A DNA stretch of 64,000 nt from Candidatus Latescibacterota bacterium (lineage in GTDB: Bacteria; Latescibacterota; UBA2968; GCA-2709665): assembly GCA_965203805.1 (NCBI GenBank), contig OZ241917.1, positions 4,352,001-4,416,000 on the forward strand, read 5' to 3'. This document shows, in pieces, positions 59,700-64,000 of the stretch (position 1 is its first letter; every line of letters starts with the position of its first letter). The notes under the pieces are model-generated. The model made no database searches, was not told the DNA's origin, and was given only the letters and a program-made list of their open reading frames with translations. The position numbers and the translations under genes were made by a program.

Positions 59700-60392
59700 T
59701 CAGGAACGCAACTTCACGAATTCCAGGACCAAGAGGAATGGTATCGTGTTCCAGCGTTTTCGATTCCGGACATTGTGCTCGGGGCTTATGTCTTTCAAGG
59801 ATTTCAGAAGAAAGCCGTGTTTCCCGAACGCATCGACGTATTCCTCCATCGTTCGGTGATAATAATAAACCTCGACTCCCGCCTTTGCCATTCCCTGATA
59901 GATCACTGACTCTCCCGTGGCGAAGTAGCCCGATGCCTTCTTTCTCAGGACAGCCGAGTAAGGATTGTTGATCGATAGAACGGCTCTCCCGCCGTCGCGG
60001 CACGCAGTTGACAGCGTCCGGATGAATTCAACATAGTCGGGAACATCATTTAAGACCAGGTGTGAGGCGATAAGGTCAAAGGACTCCTCCAAATCCCGCA
60101 GCGGTTTGCGAAGATCATGGACTCGATAGTCGATAGCATTCTCCAGGTCTTTCGATCTACCCAATTCGACAAGCGGCGCACAGATGTCGACCGCACAAAC
60201 TTTCGCCCCTCGATTTGCCAGGAGTCTTGCGACCAGGCCGTCACCACAGCCCGCATCCAGGACACGAAGACCCTTAACGTCACCGACGAGGTCCAGGAAG
60301 GCAGACAGAACAGAATCGGAGTCTAACCCCAGGTCAGACACCATGGCTGCATACTTCACCGCGAAGTCATCATAGGTGTTTCGATCAGCCAT
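59700..60392 (-). CDS. Class I SAM-dependent methyltransferase
   Basis: VLDAGCGDG, YYHRTMEEY. Confidence 0.88.
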   Translation of the reverse strand: MADRNTYDDFAVKYAAMVSDLGLDSDSVLSAFLDLVGDVKGLRVLDAGCGDGLVARLLANRGAKVCAVDICAPLVELGRSKDLENAIDYRVHDLRKPLRDLEESFDLIASHLVLNDVPDYVEFIRTLSTACRDGGRAVLSINNPYSAVLRKKASGYFATGESVIYQGMAKAGVEVYYYHRTMEEYVDAFGKHGFLLKSLKDISPEHNVRNRKRWNTIPFLLVLEFVKLRS

Positions 60393-60557
60393 TTCTTCAA
60401 ACCTCACCGTCCCTTGTCCGGCCGGTCGAAATCGGAGTGTGGGAGGCGACCGGTGTAATTCCGAGCTCTGAGGCAATAGGTATCGAATCTGAGGATCAGC
60501 GGACGTCCCACAACGCATCACCTCGAAATGTCCACATACCCGAAACACGCATAGTCT

Positions 60558-60722
60558 CTAAGTCTTCGCTTTCCTCTCGACCTCGTGCCGCGAAAGCCTC
60601 GTTTTTGCGCGCATCGGGCGAATCTTTAAAGACAGTTCAGTATGCTGTCGCTCCTCCTCATACAGTCGCCTGAATCGCTCATCTTTGAGCTTGTCGTTCA
60701 GATGACGTCTAAAACTTCGCAT
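60558..60722 (-). pseudogene. Truncated XRE-type antitoxin
   Basis: MRSFRRHLNDKLKDERFRRLYEEE... stops partway through the HTH. Confidence 0.6.
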
Positions 60723-61017
60723 CCCGGTCCTCCGTTGGCCGGTTCTCGTAGGTTCAAGACCCGCGGATCGGCGCCTGTACCTAAACGAACCACCTAGAAT
60801 TCTCCGCGTTTCCAATATACCCCAAAAAGCCCCCGAAGGGGCATTACTTCTAGTAACAATCCGACTCTTGCTTGCCATCAATAATCCCAGTGGACTCCGC
60901 GTATTTGATTTGTCCTGATATGCTCTCCGCACAGCGGCAATCGTCTTGTTACAGCGAATGTAGAAGAAGAATCCGGTATTTCATCTGCTGTTCGTGCCTA
61001 CATCCATCGGTCAATCT

Positions 61018-61191
61018 TCAGCGTACATAAATGACCGCTTCTTCCGTCGGGAATGCCTTTGCGACATCAGGTTGTAGCAATACCAGATTCGTCCCGGATC
61101 GATAGGATTCCAGGTACTTTCCGCGGACGCCAGGACCGAGATCTTCACGGCAGTATTCGGGACGAAGTTCGTCCCGTTTAGCCTTCTTCAC
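61018..61191 (-). pseudogene. Truncated BrnA/CopG-like antitoxin
   Basis: DELRPEY...GVRGKY..YRSGTNLVLLQPDVAKAFPTEEAV, then an early stop; preceded by an overlapping ...RRYCEEG* BrnT-like tail. Confidence 0.65.
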
Positions 61192-61298
61192 AATATCTCC
61201 TCACTGCGCGGTATACTACATTAAACTCGTAGGAAAGTTTCATAAATGCATATTGGCAGACAGGTACGTCGCCGGATACTGGTCGACTTATTCTTCCG

Positions 61299-62234
61299 CT
61301 ATTCACAATCCATGAACGACTGGAGATCGAGTCCCCTATTGTCCTGCCGTGCCCACTCATCCCAATATTCCCATCGGCTCATCAGAAACTCGGCTCGAGC
61401 AGGTGGGATTAGGCGCGAATTATTCACCGCCGCCTCCTTCCCAATAATTATCGAGTACTCTCTTGCTAACGTCGGACCAAGCTGGAGCGTTGGAGGCACC
61501 CGTAGGGCCGTGTAACCTGAGGAGGTCAAACGAACAGTAATCGCGGAGTATAGAACAGGATTCGGGGCAATTCGATCCCAAGTCATCAGGCATTCATCCG
61601 GAGCTTGTATTTCTGCCCTGCGTTTTTGAAAGCGAGCTTCCTGCATCTCCTTTCGGCGTCCATAGACAAGTATATATCTCTGCTCAAAGGTCCTATCTTC
61701 TAGTAACCAATCAGGCAGCCGAAAGTCCCTGAGAAACGTAGCCTGATTGAGTTGTTCGGAGAACCAAATCTTCCACTCCTGCATCTGACCGATTGCGTGG
61801 GTCAACTTAGCCGACTGTTTTCCGCTCTTGACTGCCCAAGGCTTGGATGGAGACTCAATCTCCACAAAAGTTGCGTACACCGTACCACTGTCATGTGAGA
61901 TGATGCAGAAGTCGGGGAATCTAGAGCGCAAACCCGAAAGTTTAGGCTGCGTAATGACGGCGCGTGGGTATAAGCCGTTGCCTCCCACATCCGTTTCGGG
62001 ATGTGCTCCCGGGACCAAGCACGGATGCTCCTCAAGCAATTCTTGGAAATGCCTCTCGTTTCTCTCGCCACTGTCCAGCAGTAACTTGAGTTCAGATTTA
62101 GCAATTTGGACGTAATCACGCCCTGGCATCGCCGGAGTTGACGGATTAACCAACTCATAGGTTTTATTCATCTGACTTGCCTTACTGTAGCTTATTGGAA
62201 AGCTTGTATTCGTTGGCATTATGTCGAACGTCAT
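61299..62234 (-). CDS. Shedu (SduA/DUF4263)-like nuclease
   Basis: ERHFQELLEEHP, PDF, VEIESP, AIGQMQEW, LVYGRR, TWD. Confidence 0.8.
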   Translation of the reverse strand: MTFDIMPTNTSFPISYSKASQMNKTYELVNPSTPAMPGRDYVQIAKSELKLLLDSGERNERHFQELLEEHPCLVPGAHPETDVGGNGLYPRAVITQPKLSGLRSRFPDFCIISHDSGTVYATFVEIESPSKPWAVKSGKQSAKLTHAIGQMQEWKIWFSEQLNQATFLRDFRLPDWLLEDRTFEQRYILVYGRRKEMQEARFQKRRAEIQAPDECLMTWDRIAPNPVLYSAITVRLTSSGYTALRVPPTLQLGPTLAREYSIIIGKEAAVNNSRLIPPARAEFLMSRWEYWDEWARQDNRGLDLQSFMDCE

Positions 62235-62487
62235 TACGGTCGTCTTCGGAGGTCTGAAGCTTCTCCCAACTCTTCAGGTATCTCGAAAACAATCGGGTCA
62301 AGCGTCGTAGCTTCTTTTTGTATACCGCCATCGTCTCTTGCACCACAGCCTGGAGAAAAAGACGAATTATACGATTATTACCGTTGCTCGGGAAGAAACT
62401 TAGCGATTCCGCAAAAAGCCGCAAGGCTGGTTTAACCGTACGAAAAGAGATTCGAGGATTCCGCCGATGTCTTCCGTCCACTCAGAA

Positions 62488-63417
62488 TCACTTTCGTACC
62501 CAAATTCTATCTGCACGTAGTTTAGACGCAGAAAGCAGGCGATCTTGGTCACCACCAGCAACGTGCTTCCCACAGATGATCTCATCGACCTGCAACGTGA
62601 AGTGGTCGCTGTTTAGTGGCACATTGATGTACTTCCGAGTGACCTTGCCGTTCAGCATTTCTGTTTGTATTGGGAACACTTCGCAAAGTCCAGGGTGGGT
62701 CGTGTAGTCGAACGAGATTCGCGATTCGTCCTCCCACGAGTACTTACCGCGTTTGTAGAATCGTGCGAATTTTAACAATCCATCAATGAAGAGGTTCTTG
62801 CCAAATTCACGTTTGAACTGGTCCCGCATCTCATTTATAAAGTCGAAACGGTAGCCGGAGTCGTACGTTACGTCCCGGAAGTCCACGCAATACTGTAGAT
62901 GTTTTTTGCCCATAGAGAATCGCAACCCAAGGCAGACCCCCGTATCCTGCATAGCATACCGGTTCCAGAACTCCTGTCGTCGTGCACTCTTGGTAAAGCA
63001 TAGAACGAACGACTTTTTCTTCATTTTGTCAATGTCGCCTGTGTACAGAGGGCGAAGATGTCCTGTACGCTGCAGAAATTCTGAATACTCTGTTCTGTCG
63101 TTTTGCGCGTGATAGTATAGTGCCGTCAGCTGAACCGTACCAGATTCGAGAATTTCAATGGCCCTCTTCGCGGATTTAAAGTGGTAGAACTGGCCACGGT
63201 CCCATCGCCGATCGGCTGCGCATTCGGCGAAGATTTTCTCCACGGGATCTGGTGCCGAAGGAAAAGTCGAGAAGTAGATCAATGGGCGGCTGTCGTCGTG
63301 TGAGAAGTCGTCCTTCGTGAGCGCTCCAACGAATGGTCCAAAGCGTGATGAAGCAATCGCGTTGTTTGCGATTTCTGCCATTCGTTGGCGATCTCGATCG
63401 TCGTACATGTAATTCAA
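62488..63417 (-). CDS. DUF2971-like protein
   Basis: FYHF, LCFT, WNRYA..DTGVCLG, YK...YSWEDESR. Confidence 0.7.
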   Translation of the reverse strand: MNYMYDDRDRQRMAEIANNAIASSRFGPFVGALTKDDFSHDDSRPLIYFSTFPSAPDPVEKIFAECAADRRWDRGQFYHFKSAKRAIEILESGTVQLTALYYHAQNDRTEYSEFLQRTGHLRPLYTGDIDKMKKKSFVLCFTKSARRQEFWNRYAMQDTGVCLGLRFSMGKKHLQYCVDFRDVTYDSGYRFDFINEMRDQFKREFGKNLFIDGLLKFARFYKRGKYSWEDESRISFDYTTHPGLCEVFPIQTEMLNGKVTRKYINVPLNSDHFTLQVDEIICGKHVAGGDQDRLLSASKLRADRIWVRK

Positions 63418-63503
63418 CTCTATTCAAGAACTCCGATCACCGTTTCAGATCATTTGATCTGTGATGTAGATGATCGCAGGGATACTTTGTCATTGCCGTA
63501 CTG

Positions 63504-63800
63504 TCAGCGATCCAATTTGCAATCCATATATAGATTCATCAACGCCAGAACGTAAGATTGGTTACTGCCTCCGTGATATGCGTTGCCCTCAAGTGATCCG
63601 GTACGAGCAAATGTCTTGAGGTAAATTTGTACCCTGGGAAATCGATGAAGTCGCTTGTTATTGGTAGACTGAGGAGTATATTCGAAACCTTTTTCGGCTA
63701 CTACGACTTTGAAAGGATGGTTTCGTGCCAATGTATAAAGCGTTTTTCCATGAAGCGTACCAACAAACCTCTTGAAATCGTCTAGCGCTATCTCATTCAT
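63504..63800 (-). CDS. Hypothetical protein
   Basis: 98-aa ORF with AGGAG RBS. Confidence 0.55.
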   Translation of the reverse strand: MNEIALDDFKRFVGTLHGKTLYTLARNHPFKVVVAEKGFEYTPQSTNNKRLHRFPRVQIYLKTFARTGSLEGNAYHGGSNQSYVLALMNLYMDCKLDR

Positions 63801-63934
63801 TTCAAGCTCCTGGCGCGGTGTCGAAACGTAAAACGGCGTCCATCCATTGTGTTGAAGGAAGCAACAGACTTCGAAAAGGAATAGAACAATGCCATCCGCG
63901 TCAGCCGGATAGGCACGAGTACATTGAACTGTCT

Positions 63935-64000
63935 AATTACTCGGGGAGTAGCCGGTGCCCTGATCCTGTCGAAGGGCCGGCGACGGCTGTTGCGGTGGGG
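63935..64000. repeat. REP-like repeat (runs off the window)
   Basis: Simpler copy of the 46117-46259 repeat. Confidence 0.7.

Noticed and set aside
38700-64000. Classical integron
   Set aside because: No IntI tyrosine recombinase and no recurring attC core sites were found by eye.

Overview
The window is bacterial and falls into three blocks. (1) 1-20.2 kb is a defence island. It holds a thymidylate-synthase-like gene, an AT-rich DUF5343/DUF4145-like pair, and an intact IS with TIRs and a 6-bp TSD. It also holds a DUF499 ATPase / DUF1156 methylase / PLD-SNF2 helicase (BREX-related) operon with a complete Lamassu/ABC-three-component module nested inside it, plus a D12 adenine methylase followed by a restriction-enzyme stub. 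(2) 20.2-38.6 kb is GC-rich metabolic and membrane genes (oxidoreductases, NadE, serine hydrolase, IMP cyclohydrolase-like), mostly on the + strand. (3) 38.7-64 kb is an almost entirely minus-strand accessory array: small-molecule-modifying enzymes, RtcB, Shedu-like and DUF2971-like genes, pseudogenes, toxin-antitoxin stubs and nested REP-like palindromes. The best candidate for something undescribed is a ~240-nt, helix-rich non-coding segment (52845-53083, minus strand) directly upstream of an RNHCP-domain gene. Second is a 35-bp palindromic mini-element seen as filled versus empty sites inside other repeats. All family calls come from motifs recognised by eye; no searches were run.
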